From assembly GCF_001194135.2 (NCBI RefSeq), contig NC_068994.1, positions 18,807,409 to 18,871,408 of the forward strand: a DNA stretch of 64,000 bases, in the 5' to 3' direction. Positions 1 through 12,145 of this stretch are shown one piece after another. A program made the translations under genes and the position numbers. How positions within the stretch are numbered: the stretch's first letter is position 1; every line of letters begins with the position of its first letter. The DNA is from Octopus bimaculoides (lineage: Eukaryota). The notes under the pieces were generated by a model that saw nothing but the letters and a program-made list of their open reading frames with translations, had not been told where the DNA came from and did no database searches.

Positions 1-149
1 TTATGTGGTTATATGACCTGCTAGAAATGGGAGTTAAATCTCTTTTAAACCATACTTTAAACATTTTTCAAAATGTCACAACGCATTAGATTCACCATAT
101 CTAAATAAATAAATAAAAGAAAGGACTGAGATACTTGGCACCTTGCTGT

Positions 150-468
150 ACTCAAGAAGACCTGTCCTTCACAGCAGAAGTGTTAAGATCACTCCCCCTG
201 GTGAAGAGGATTGGCCCGCAAGAGTCATGTGCTGGTGCCACAAGCAAAAAGCACTCATGTTGGTGCCACATAAAAGCGCTTGTGTGATGCCATGTCAAAT
301 GCACCCAGCACACTCTGTAAAGTGGTTGGTGTTAGGAAGGGCATCCCCGCTGCAGAAACCAAGCAAAATCAGACTAGAACTTGTTGCAGCTCTCTTGCTT
401 GCCTGCTCCTGTCAATCAGTGCACCTCATGTGAGCATGGAAAATGGACATTAAAGGATGACGATGAAT
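150..468 (+). mobile_element. 3' part of abundant retroposon (RTE-type tail ending ...gcatggaaaatggacattaaaggatgacgatga)
   Basis: Shares gttaggaagggcatcc / gcatggaaa..ggacattaaa-(gat)n tail with copies at 20566-20912, 33470-33715 and 58350-58490. Confidence 0.7.
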
Positions 469-740
469 AGCCACAGGTAGATTTTGACAATGTGTCTGCT
501 TCATCAAATCCGACCTAGGGTTAAACAACAGGTCAGTTTGACCCAAACAGGATTTGAATTAAGAAATTCTTCCTGTCTGCCTGCAGTCCTGGTTGTCTCT
601 TGGGTCATTTGTTCATTCATTTTCTACCTGTCCATTAGTCTGCTTATTTGTTTGCCTATTTGCCTGTCCATCCATTTTTATATCTGCCTGTTTGCCCATC
701 AACCCACCTGTCTATCTGCACATCTGCCTGTCTTTCAACC

Positions 741-935
<195 letters not shown>

Positions 936-1006
936 GTATCTATTTTCATGTGTTTGTTTGTTTCTTCCTTTCTTTTTTCTCTCTTTCTGTCCTTTTCCTT
1001 TCCTTC

Positions 1007-1062
<56 letters not shown>

Positions 1063-1179
1063 TGCTTAAGTAATGATTTCTTGAATACAATACTAGAATG
1101 AAGACTTAATTTAATCAGATTTGTTTAGAACTCTTAGTATTTATGTGTGTGTGTTTGTGTGTGTGTATGTATGTATGTA

Positions 1180-1214
<35 letters not shown>

Positions 1215-1264
1215 ACGCGTGCGCAATATACTTACAATATAACAGAACCAACAAGCAAAAACAA

Positions 1265-1432
1265 ATTGAGCAAGCATGGCTTCTGTGGTAAGATGTCTAC
1301 TTCCCAATCACTTACTTCCATTTCCAGTGCCACCGTGTGGCACCTCGGGCAAGTGTCTTCTACTATAGCCCTCAGCTGACTAAAGCCTTGTGAGTGAATT
1401 TGGTAAACAGAAACTGAAAGAAGACCATTGCA
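1265..1432 (+). mobile_element. SINE family A, 5' half (tRNA-like head + CORE-like ggcacctcgggcaagtgtctt)
   Basis: Matches better-preserved copies at 32884-33275 and 45532-45920. Confidence 0.8.
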
Positions 1433-1504
1433 TTTATATATATGTGTATACATATGTGTATATATATGTATATATGTATATGAAGTAAGAACAGCTCTAG
1501 TATA

Positions 1505-1855
1505 ATAAATATTATTAAGTACATATACTAACGTATATGCTTTGTGTATTTTCCAGTAGTTGCAATGGCATAGTGGAGTATATAACCCTCATGTCGCTAG
1601 TATTAAAACCCCTTAGAATCATGAACAGGTAAGATAACTCACCTTCAATCCCATTTGGGAGTGATGGACATCGATGTTTCACTATTTTTGTGGCTTGTCA
1701 ACATCACACACCTGATTGAAGGTGAGTTTTCTTGTTTGTCTATGTCTCTAAGATGTCTTAACACTGGTGACATGTAAATTATATACTCTGCTACACCATT
1801 GCAGCCACTGGAAAATACACAAAGCATTTACTTTTAGTATCTGTATTTAATATGA
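1505..1855. mobile_element. fold-back element, ~155-bp imperfect arms, decayed hammerhead at apex
   Basis: tgctttgtgtattttccagtagttgcaatgg (left) mirrors ccattgcagccactggaaaatacacaaagca (right); inner aactcaccttcaatc mirrors gattgaaggtgagtt; innermost gtgatg/catcac. Confidence 0.85.
1661..1707 (-). ncRNA. decayed type-I hammerhead ribozyme
   Basis: Minus strand GTGATG-TTGACAA-GCCACaaaaataGT-GAAAC-ATCGAT-GTC-CATCAC: 6-bp helix I, GAAAC, palindromic helix III, GUC triplet; CUGANGA core has 2 substitutions and helix II is shortened. Confidence 0.55.
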
Positions 1856-1868
1856 ATATATATATATA

Positions 1869-2668
1869 CAGGGTGCGGTGAATAAATTGTTGTCTAAATT
1901 ATGCAAAAATGAAAATAATACAGACATTTCATTTTAGCAAATACATTTACCAAAATTACATAAAAATATTTTGAAATACTAAAGAGTAAATTTATTCCAT
2001 AAAATCGCCATTGGGTTCAACCATGGCCTCCAGACGACTTTAGAATCTTCTGCAGCTCTTCTGGATGGTCTCCTTGTTTAAGTTGGTGAATGCTGTCATA
2101 ATCCTTGCCTTCAGTTCATCTTTGGTGTTACAAGGAGTTTTGTTGGCCTCTCGCTCAACTGCACCCCACACATAATCAAGAGGCTTGCAGTCTGGGGAGT
2201 TAGGTGACCAGATGCTAGGGGTGAAGTGGTCACAGAAATTGTCTGACAGCCATGACAGGGTTCTCCTGCTTGTGTGGCATGGTACAGAGTCCTGTTGCCA
2301 GACATATAATCTTCCAGCAGTCACCCTCTTGACCCAGGGCAGCACTACCTCCTCCAGGCACTTGATGTAGACCTCTGTGTTGAGTCTGAGAGTGTGTGGG
2401 AAGATGAATGTAGGCATAATATCACCATCACTTGTGATCACTCTGAACACCATGTTGACAGGATGTTTGATTGTTATCACTCTCGGTACATGTTTTGGGG
2501 ACATGGCAAGCCTATGGTTCTTCTGTGTGTTCACCATCTGATCCTGGCAGAAATTTTTCTTGTCTGAGAAAAACCAAAGCATGTTCAATTGGAGGAGATA
2601 CTTGAGTTTGTTCAAAAGCTTCATAGAACAGTCTTTCTTCTTGTCCTTGATGGCTAGGGATAAAAACA
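1869..2668 (-). mobile_element. Tc1/mariner DD37D (maT-type) element, 3' half with terminus TA|CAGGGTG
   Basis: ORF 2040-2669: FFSD(K)KNF ... WQQDSVPCH ... WSPNSPDCKPLD, 37 residues between 2nd and 3rd Asp; N-terminus replaced by unrelated sequence beyond ~2668. Confidence 0.92.
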
Positions 2669-2669
2669 A

Positions 2670-3115
2670 TCCAGGTGAGCAGATATAGAGACAACACCCT
2701 TCCCACTAACACAAATAAAAATTTTTTTGTGGAGGATAGTGGCGGATGGAAAACAAGACAGCAAAACGAAACGGTGAAATAAACAAACAAAAAGGCTGTA
2801 CAGCCAGACGTGGAGAAGTGTGTGTATATTGAATGTTGTGAAGCACGAACAGGAGAGGCGAAGAAGTGCGTCCGAAGCTGAGGTGGTAAGAGACCGAAAA
2901 GAAATGGCAACAGGACACATGTGACCAGCGAGGGGTAAGGAGAAATTTGTGTTCGTGGGAAGAGCCATTTTAACGATGTGTCCTGCTCTAACTCTTCGAA
3001 ACACCAGTGTTTTAATGGTGGCAGCTGATGAAGGATATGTTCTCTATGTGGCCTGTGTGTTTTTTGTACCTTGTTTATCATTTTGTCTATGTTTTTTTTG
3101 CAGCGTCATGTACTC
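2670..3115. other. unclassified GC-richer insertion truncating the maT element (possibly Penelope-like 3' region)
   Basis: Composition change; cgaaac...ctgatgaagg motifs near 2995-3032; no recognisable protein motif. Confidence 0.3.
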
Positions 3116-3190
3116 AGATATGTATCTATATGTACATGTAGATGAAGGTATGTACATACATGTACATATATATGCATATACTCATATATT

Positions 3191-3231
<41 letters not shown>

Positions 3232-3304
3232 NNNNNNNNNNNNATATATATACATACATACATATATATGCATATATGTATGTGTGTGTGTGTGTGTGTG
3301 TGTG

Positions 3305-3505
<201 letters not shown>

Positions 3506-3563
3506 ATATATATGTATACATATATATACATACATATATGTATGTATATATTTGTGTGCGTAT

Positions 3564-3757
3564 CCGTGTTTGTCCCCACTCCATCGCTTGACAGCTAATA
3601 TTGGTGTGCTTACTTACCTGTAACCTAGCGGTTTGGCAAAAGACACTGACAAAATAAGTATTAAGCTTACAAAGAATAAGTCCTGGGGTCAATTTGTTTG
3701 ACTAAAGGTGGTGCTCCAGCATGGCCGCAGTCAAATGACTGAAACGACTAAAAGAAT
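3564..3757 (+). mobile_element. SINE family A, 3' half
   Basis: gcttacaaagaataagtcctggggtc...ctccagcatggccgcagtcaaatgactgaaac tail. Confidence 0.85.
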
Positions 3758-3771
3758 ACCGGCCAAAATTT

Positions 3772-3945
3772 TCTGTAGCATTTCATCCATCTTTACATTC
3801 TGAGTTCAAATTCCAGCAGGGTTGGCTTTGTCTTTCATCTTTTCAGGGTTGATAAAATAAGTGCCAGTTAAACAATGGGGGTCAATGTAATTGACTAGTC
3901 TCCTCTCCTAAATTCTTGGCCTAGTGCCAAAAGTTGAAAGCAATA
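3772..3945 (+). mobile_element. SINE family B (ctgagttcaaattcc B-box, ctttcatcctttcggggtcgat-like body)
   Basis: Homologous to well-preserved copy at 11705-11935. Confidence 0.8.
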
Positions 3946-4272
3946 TTTTTATATAATTAATATTGCAATATTTTATGCATATTCTGCTGAGATTAGAAAC
4001 ATGATTAATCAATAATTCAAGTTTTCCCCTAATTATTAGCCATGGTTTTGTCATTAAGTGTTGGAACCATTATGTAGACACATATTTGGCCTAATTCATC
4101 AGTTTATTTCAGTGTGAACAGCTAGACAACTGTTAATGTTCAATGACAGGTGAAAGATCACTGACATTAATTTTCCTAGCTAGTTAACGTCTTTTAATTA
4201 GCCAGTTAACCCTTTGAAGCCCTACTTTGATTAGACACCTTAGATCTGACATAAGGCATCTAATGTCAATAA

Positions 4273-4494
4273 CCCTTTGCCATTCTCATAACTCTGTCAA
4301 ATGTAATGCTTACTTATTCATATTGTTTTGAATTAATCATGTATCATCTCATAGATTTGAAAAACTTTGATGATGTGATTTTTTATTTTCAGAATGACAT
4401 TGTCAGGCAGGTGTGAGAGGCTGGATTTGGTTAGTTTGAATATAAAGCAGGTAGTATATTTCAGCCTGACATGGCCAGTTTAAATGCTAAAACA
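4273..4494 (+). mobile_element. piggyBac-type MITE family 1 (TTAA|CCCTTTAGCATT...AATGCTAAAGGG|TTAA consensus)
   Basis: Homologous to copies at 13352, 24595, 24959 and 57843; degenerate TTAA flanks. Confidence 0.75.
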
Positions 4495-4679
4495 TTAAAG
4501 TTTGACAAATCTAGCTATTGACAAATTACTATTCAGTGATCTTCACTTATAATTTGATGTTAATGTCCCAACCAATGAAGACATAGCCACAAATTTATGC
4601 AATATTTGCTATCTTATCAAATACTAGCAGAGATACCCAGCATTGCTCAGGATTAAAATGGCATAGTTTCTTAATCGTT

Positions 4680-4942
4680 TTACTTGTTTCAGTCATGTCA
4701 CTGTGGCCATGCTGGAGCATCGCCTTTAGTCGAACAAATCAACCCCAGGATTTATTCTTTGTAAGCGTGGTACTTATTCTATTGGTGTCTTTTGTCAAAC
4801 TGCTAAGTCACGAGGATGTAAACACAGCAACATTGGTTGTCAAGCGATGGTAGGGTTACAAACAGAAAAACACACACACAAATATACATATATATATGAC
4901 AGTTTTCTTTCAGTTTCCATGTATGAAATCCACTCACAAGGC
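4680..4942 (-). mobile_element. SINE family A (partial)
   Basis: ttgtttcagtcat...gccatgctggagc...aaatccactcacaaggc. Confidence 0.8.
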
Positions 4943-5301
4943 ATATGTTTATATACATACATGTATATATATATATTTATATAAATTCAAAAAGGGATAA
5001 AACTCTTTTACAAGAATGTTATCAAGAAGCCAGTGTGTAAAAAAATTCATAAGGGAAATTTCTATTCTCAAGAATATAATTATTTGTTTATATTTATATA
5101 AAGGGCATTATTACAGAAAAATAATAATGCCACACAGTGGACTACTCAAAATAACCACATTTAGTACCTAATGCGAGGAAAAACAACCAACAGATGACCA
5201 ACTTTCTTTTAAATAAATTTAACTGTGTATCGACCGATTTCGCGATTACTAGAATGAATCTAGATTTCGTATATATATATATCTATATATATATATATAT
5301 A

Positions 5302-6278
5302 NNNNNNNNNNNNNNNNNNNNNNNNNNNNNNNNNNNNNNNNNNNNNNNNNNNNNNNNNNNNNNNNNNNNNNNNNNNNNNNNNNNNNNNNNNNNNNNNNNN
5401 NNNNNNNNNNNNNNNNNNNNNNNNNNNNNNNNNNNNNNNNNNNNNNNNNNNNNNNNNNNNNNNNNNNNNNNNNNNNNNNNNNNNNNNNNNNNNNNNNNNN
5501 NNNNNNNNNNNNNNNNNNNNNNNNNNNNNNNNNNNNNNNNNNNNNNNNNNNNNNNNNNNNNNNNNNNNNNNNNNNNNNNNNNNNNNNNNNNNNNNNNNNN
5601 NNNNNNNNNNNNNNNNNNNNNNNNNNNNNNNNNNNNNNNNNNNNNNNNNNNNNNNNNNNNNNNNNNNNNNNNNNNNNNNNNNNNNNNNNNNNNNNNNNNN
5701 NNNNNNNNNNNNNNNNNNNNNNNNNNNNNNNNNNNNNNNNNNNNNNNNNNNNNNNNNNNNNNNNNNNNNNNNNNNNNNNNNNNNNNNNNNNNNNNNNNNN
5801 NNNNNNNNNNNNNNNNNNNNNNNNNNNNNNNNNNNNNNNNNNNNNNNNNNNNNNNNNNNNNNNNNNNNNNNNNNNNNNNNNNNNNNNNNNNNNNNNNNNN
5901 NNNNNNNNNNNNNNNNNNNNNNNNNNNNNNNNNNNNNNNNNNNNNNNNNNNNNNNNNNNNNNNNNNNNNNNNNNNNNNNNNNNNNNNNNNNNNNNNNNNN
6001 NNNNNNNNNNNNNNNNNNNNNNNNNNNNNNNNNNNNNNNNNNNNNNNNNNNNNNNNNNNNNNNNNNNNNNNNNNNNNNNNNNNNNNNNNNNNNNNNNNNN
6101 NNNNNNNNNNNNNNNNNNNNNNNNNNNNNNNNNNNNNNNNNNNNNNNNNNNNNNNNNNNNNNNNNNNNNNNNNNNNNNNNNNNNNNNNNNNNNNNNNNNN
6201 NNNNNNNNNNNNNNNNNNNNNNNNNNNNNNNNNNNNNNNNNNNNNNNNNNNNNNNNNNNNNNNNNNNNNNNNNNNNNN
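5302..6278. other. assembly gap (others: 3232-3243, 18441-18718, 20358-20565, 39343-39749, 51134-51143, 53765-53877, 55678-55687, 62210-62711)
   Basis: N runs, mostly flanked by microsatellites. Confidence 0.99.
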
Positions 6279-6292
6279 ATATATATATATAT

Positions 6293-6327
<35 letters not shown>

Positions 6328-6401
6328 TGTTTAACATCCGCTTTCCATGCAAGCATATATATATATATATATATACATATATAGACATATATATGCACAC
6401 A

Positions 6402-6439
<38 letters not shown>

Positions 6440-6759
6440 CATACATACATGCATGTATATATACATATATATATATGTATATAAATGAAACTATTAAAAG
6501 TAAAACAATATAAAAGTGAAACTTCATAGCTTACTTCGTCGAAAGTTTCACTTTTATTCTTTGAGTTTTGAGACGTAATACGGAACCAATGCCAATGTTG
6601 TATTATTTTAATAAATAAAATTTACATGTTGACACTCCTGGGGTCTCATAGTATTATCATATTAAATTTGATTTGATCTGGTTTAGCCATTTGAGAATGC
6701 ATTGTGAACAGGCAGAGATACAAAGGATTTTATGTATATATAGATGATGACTGAATAGC

Positions 6760-6895
6760 ATTTCTGATTTGTGTCAACTTTGCCTTTCGTCCTTTTTGGG
6801 GTCAGTGAAATAAATAACAGTTGAGCACTGAAGTCAACGTAATTGACTTACAACCTTCCCCAAAATTGCTGGCCTTGTGCCAAAATTGTTAACTA
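6760..6895 (+). mobile_element. SINE family B fragment
   Basis: caactttgcctttcgtcctttttggggtc...ggccttgtgccaaaa. Confidence 0.7.
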
Positions 6896-6917
6896 TCATT
6901 GCCATCATTAACTATCA

Positions 6918-6953
6918 TTGCCATCGTCGTCATTGTCGTCGTTGTCATCGTCG

Positions 6954-6989
<36 letters not shown>

Positions 6990-7039
6990 GTAGGTTATAT
7001 ATGTTTTAATGCTGTTTTGTCTTTTTATTATTATTATTA

Positions 7040-7074
<35 letters not shown>

Positions 7075-7095
7075 ATTATTATTATTATTATTATA
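6918..7095. repeat. (CAT)n and (TAT)n microsatellites; (GGT)n-rich tract at ~7428-7590
   Basis: Direct reading. Confidence 0.95.
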
Positions 7096-8624
7096 CAATT
7101 CTGAAGCTATGAAGAAAAGTTTTAGTTAATGAAAATGGAAGCGTCAGGAATGTAAAACAAATGCTTCAGTTGGCATACGGAAACAAAACATTAGAAAAGT
7201 TTCAAAATAAATGTTTCAAAGCTTTGAAAAGGCAAATGAATTTCGATGTGAGTTTAATACTTCACAATTTAAAATTCTTTCTCCCTTCTAAATTAAGAAG
7301 AGAAATGGTAAAAAAGAAAGAAAATAAACTATCAAAAAATCCAATAAATGTTGATGAAAAAGAAGTAGAGAGAGCAGGGTGTGTTGATCAATGCATTCCT
7401 TACTCTTTTGCTCTTACAAAGAAAGAGATGGTGGTGGTGGTGGTGGTTTAAGTGGTGGTGTTGGTGGTTTAAGTGTTGGTAGTGGTTGTTTAAGTGGTGG
7501 TGGTAGTGGTTTAAGTGGTGGTGGTGGTGGTGGTAGTGGTGGTAATGGTGGCAGCAGTGATGGTAGTAGTGGTGAGACTTGTTCTAGTGGTAATGTGATC
7601 TTACTTCAATTCAAATTTTAGCAGAGATTTCCGTCGGTCACATGAGAAGTAAGCACCCTCACATCAACAGAGAGGCAGAATTGAGGTACCACATTATCTG
7701 TAGTTGAAAGCAAAATGTTTGAAAGGATAAAGCCTGTTTTCTGTCTTTCCAAACTAACAAGGTTTTCCATTTCATATTTCTACTACCCTATGTTTTAGCA
7801 AAGGCATCCGCAGTATTGCCTACAATTTCTGGGTCATTATTATAACATTGGGTTATCTCTGTTTATGTGTACATGAATCTATGCATATGTGAGTGAGCTA
7901 TTTAGTATGCATGAACACCTTTAACCATATGTCTGCTCAATTAACATTGAATGAATCTGGGGCAAAGTGACTCTAACAAGTAGCTGTGAGATTGATAGTT
8001 AACATCTTGCAATTGAAGCTGTGTTATATCCTTGGCATTTAGATTTTATAACTTCAATTATGAAATAATTAATTTTAAATCATAAGTAGGTATCAAAAGA
8101 AAGTTCAGAAGATGCAGAGATGCTGGAATCTGTAACAAATATTTTGTTAGTTCAAAATTCTCTGAGAGAAAAATGCTAAAACAGCTGAAGGTTTCTGAGC
8201 AGAACAATTTATTCAGCATTAACTCAGTTCACTTAACTGTCAGGATTAGGCATTAGATTAACATGACAATAGACTGGCATACTAAGAGATTTATTTCTCA
8301 TTTGTTTTGTGCCATGAAACTGCAACTTAATACCAGATTTAAGGAACCTTTTAAGAGTTCATTTTATATTGCAAAAGAAAATACTAGTTCATAACTTGGA
8401 AAACAAAAAAAAAAAAAAAAAAAAAAGAAAATATATTTTTTGAGATTCTTAGAGTTTAAAAAAATTTTTTTGAGATTTTATAAATTGTTCTAGGAAAATT
8501 TTTTGAGTGTTTTTTGAAATTTATTAAGCTTTTTTTAAAAGTTTTCTTAAGGGGAATTTTTGAGGTTTCTTAAAAACGAATTTCTAAAACATTTTTCACC
8601 TTCGCTTGTCTCGTTTTTAACTTC

Positions 8625-8702
8625 ATTTAGCTTCTCTTAATTTATTCAGTTATTTAACTTCTCTTAATTAATTCAGTTATTTAGCTTCTCTTTATTTATT
8701 TG
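8625..8702. repeat. 27-bp minisatellite, ~3 copies (atttagcttctcttaatttattcagtt)
   Basis: Units start at 8625, 8652 and 8679. Confidence 0.85.
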
Positions 8703-8900
8703 ATTACTGTTTCACCCTCCTCCTTTACCTTCCTAACCTCTCCTACTAACAGTGTTACCCTGTTGTCTTACTATACATTACCAGTGTGGTACCATCTACA
8801 GCTGTAATAGTTGCAATATAAAATTGTTGAGAAATTCCTTGGCTTACAGTGATGATTTCAATCCTGCCCACAATAAAAATTTTACTTCAGGAATTGACAT

Positions 8901-9067
8901 TTAGTGCATGAGAGAGTTTGATGCAGCTGCTCTCATCTGCACCTCCTGCCGTGAAGTTGGTTCATCTGGGACACCTGACAGGAAGAGGTCCAGCCTCATC
9001 TTGAAGACACCTATATCCACCGCATGCAGGTCTCTCAGGTCCTTCGGGAGGATATTGAAGAGCTGAG
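8901..9067 (-). mobile_element. CR1-like LINE ORF2 C-terminal fragment
   Basis: Translates QLFNILPKDLRDLHAVDIGVFKMRLDLFLSGVPDEPTSRQEVQMRAAASNSLMH*, typical WN.LP..FK..LD..L...PD.P CR1 C-terminus. Confidence 0.8.
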
Positions 9068-9869
9068 AAAATCATACACACAAGTTTAAATTCTTGGTTG
9101 AGCATATTATTTTCAGAGTAAGTGCACATTAAAAGAAAAACTGAAATTCATGGTATTATTTTAATACAGTAGTCTCTATCGTCATAAGTGGATGGGGTGA
9201 CATTATTTTGAGGAGGTACTTCTGAGTGTTTAGTTTCCACTATTGTTGTTGCTGCTATGAATAACTCACCTTGTTTTTGGTAGTTGTTAGAAGAGTAAGT
9301 TCTTGAATTGTATGGTTTTTCTCTAAAAATGAGGATAGGAAACTTTCATTTATGAATTGTGCCAGATTTCATTATAGGATTGGTAACCTCTATGAATCAT
9401 TATTGTTGCTACTGTGTTTTTTAGGCTCGCTGCATGAAAAGCTTTTAAATGACTTTTACTATCACATATATAACAATTAGGCCATTTGTCTTGAATGTTG
9501 ATTTTTTAAGACCTTCCTCCTTACCCTCTATGGTACACAGTTCTGGCATTGTTTTCTAGTCTTAGTGGAAGTAGAGGAGTCATGAGGGCTTTTATATTCA
9601 TAGTAGCCCCCACCTAATTGCATATCACCATGAGTGATATGTGTACAGATTACTACACTGACAACCATCTCATATTCTGCTACAGAAGTGATGAAAAACC
9701 CAGTTTTGTCATTATTGATGTCCCTAAAGATGATCCTTGTGTTTTTCCTTTTCAAATACTGTGGGACCAGCATATGAACAGTGATGTCACATATAATTTG
9801 TTCTTGCACTTTAGCCACTTTCTCTGTTTTAAAGATAGCACATATGGTGGTATATGACCTACCTCACAG

Positions 9870-9964
9870 GAGAAGTGATTTCACTAAAAATGTCTGCCAG
9901 AGCTATTTCTAAGTCTTTCTTGAAAAGAACAAGGAAAGTGCCCATGGCCTCGGATAAGGTTTCG
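9870..9964 (+). CDS. candidate exon with start codon (MSARAISKSFLKRTRKVPMASDKVS), unidentified
   Basis: cctcacag acceptor, ATG at 9890, strong TCG|gtaagt donor; no homology recognised. Confidence 0.25.
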
Positions 9965-10824
9965 GTAAGTTACTTTTATCTTGCAAGCCTCTGTGATGGA
10001 TTATGGTAAGCTGATACTTGTCTTGTTGGCAAAATACTGACTTTTGTTCTTTCTACAAAATGTTGTACATTGAGGGGTTTATTTTTGTTTGAAAGAACAA
10101 TTGTGAAAGATTGTGTTTCATTATTCATTTTTAAATTTGACATAATATGTACATGTATACAGTTGTAGCTGTCAATGACATTTCCATTTGATATATTTAG
10201 GCTCAATATTTTTTTTTTACTCATAGTTACAATCAATATTTTGAATTGTGATTAAAATAGTATTCTTTTTGGCTTTTGTGTTATTTTGTGTAGTTTCAGT
10301 TTTCTTTTTGGGGACAAGCTATGAAATATTTGTAGACATTTTTGTATTTGCATAATGTGAAGGCAAAAATAAGCTTCGTCCAAAAATGAAATAAAAATTT
10401 TATTTTTTTCTTTTGTCAGCCCCTGTAGGAAGAAACTAAAATTTAGGAAGTTGTCTACATGAGAATATTTTTGGTAAAAATACTATTTCATTGAGAAAGA
10501 TCCTTTGCTTTGGTGAAAAGCTTTAAAAATAACATCTAGTTTGTTAGGGTGAAAAAAAAATTATTATATATATATTTTTCATGATAGCAATGATATTAAG
10601 TATTTCATTGCCATATGGACATCAAATGAAGGAACATTATAAAGGCAGGTAAATGTTAAAACAAAAATTGAATGAAATAAAATGTATATATAGTGTATAT
10701 ATAAGTGATAGAAATATGATCCTTCTGATACAAGAGGACCTCTAGCTTAGGCAAATCAAAGAATCCTATATATCTAGGATCATCCTAATGATCAAGTGGT
10801 CTCCTCCAGCCATCATTCTCCAAT

Positions 10825-11060
10825 TTATAGGTGCATGCTGAGAGTAGAGCTATTCACCCTTGTCACTTTCACCACTGTCATTCAGTTATCAACAAATTTA
10901 CCGAAAGGACACCTTCCTTTCCACCTTCACCTTCCTCTCTAAGTAGGACTTGAAAAAGTCAAGGAAGGTTTGACTGAAGAGGAAAGCATCTATCTTCAAT
11001 CCTTTCAACTTCATAAACCACAAAACCTTTCTGCCATAGACACTAGATAATTACCTGCCC
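10825..11060 (-). mobile_element. L1/Tx1-like LINE ORF2 C-terminal remnant
   Basis: Degenerate translation ...WFMKLKGLKIDAFLFSQTFLDFFKSYLERKVKVERKV...TRVNSSTLSMHL*; family assignment from memory. Confidence 0.45.
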
Positions 11061-11704
11061 TTCCCAGTTAAAGGAAGAAGGTAGGTTAATTTTAAAGAAA
11101 GCAAGTTGATTTTCAAGACGGATTTGATTGCTAGCTAGATTTGTGCTACATATCTTAAAAGTTGTTCAACACAACTCCACAAGTCAGTAATATCTGTACA
11201 TTGAAGAAATGTGTGTTGGATGATTTTGTCCCTCTGCTTGCATTGGCTTTTCTTTCTTTTCACTAATTCATAAATCATCTGATTATTTTTAATCTCTTTC
11301 TCTCTAGCCCTCTCTCACATATTCTTTGTCTCCTTGATTTCCCACCTCCGTAAATACAGCTGATATTTCTCCTTCTTTCTGTAACAATATTTAAATGAGT
11401 CAATTCTTCCTCTTTTTTTTGTAGTACTTTTCCTATTTATCACTTTGAGGGATGTGACTGTCAGTCTTTGCTCTTCCAAATATAAAGTAGCTAATTCTAA
11501 ATTTTAAGCTGGAAATATGTATTGCAGAAAATTCCAGAATATTCAGGCAAAATACTGGTATATCTAGCAAATATTTTGCTACTTCAAATTCACCTATGAC
11601 AAAACATCAAAATATCAAAAGTTTCTTGAGTAGAACACTTTATCAAGTATTGTATCAGTCCATCTAGCTCTGAGGAATAGAGACCACATCAATATGTTAA
11701 TATT

Positions 11705-11935
11705 TAATTCTTTATTGCCCACAAGAGGCTAAACATAGAGGGGACAAACGAGGACAGACAAAGGACTAAGTCAATTACATTGGCCCCAGTGCGTAACTGG
11801 TACTTGTTTAATCAACCCCGAAAGGATGAAAGGCAAAGTCGACCTCAGCAGAATTTGAACTTAGAACGTAGCGGCAGACGAAACACCGTTAAGAATTTCG
11901 CCTGGCGTGCTAACGATTCTGCTAGCTCGCTGCCT
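11705..11935 (-). mobile_element. SINE family B, near full length
   Basis: Minus: ggcagcgagctagcagaatcgttagcacgcc (A box) ... ctaagttcaaattctgctgaggtcgac (B box) ... gtgggcaataaagaa. Confidence 0.9.
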
Positions 11936-11959
11936 TCAACATGTTAATATTAATTCCAA

Positions 11960-12145
11960 GAAAGGCAGCAAGCTGGCAGAATCATTAGCATGATGGGCAA
12001 GATGCTTAGTGGTATTTAGTCTGTTTCTCCATTCTGTGTTCAGATTTTGCTGGGGTTGAAAAAATAAGCACCAATTAAACACTGGGGTTGATGTAATCAA
12101 CTTACCTCCTCCCTGAAATTGCTGACTGTGTACCAAAATTTGAAA
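11960..12145 (+). mobile_element. SINE family B, divergent copy
   Basis: aggcagcaagctggcagaatcattagc...gcttagtggtattt. Confidence 0.75.

Noticed and set aside
2990-3035. Permuted hammerhead-like motif (cGAAACacca...tggtggcagCTGATGAagga)
   Set aside because: No U at 16.1 and no room for helix I.
6507-6552. 14-bp hairpin with tcgacgaag in the loop as a hammerhead
   Set aside because: No helix II and no GAAA in the correct place; only a small palindrome.
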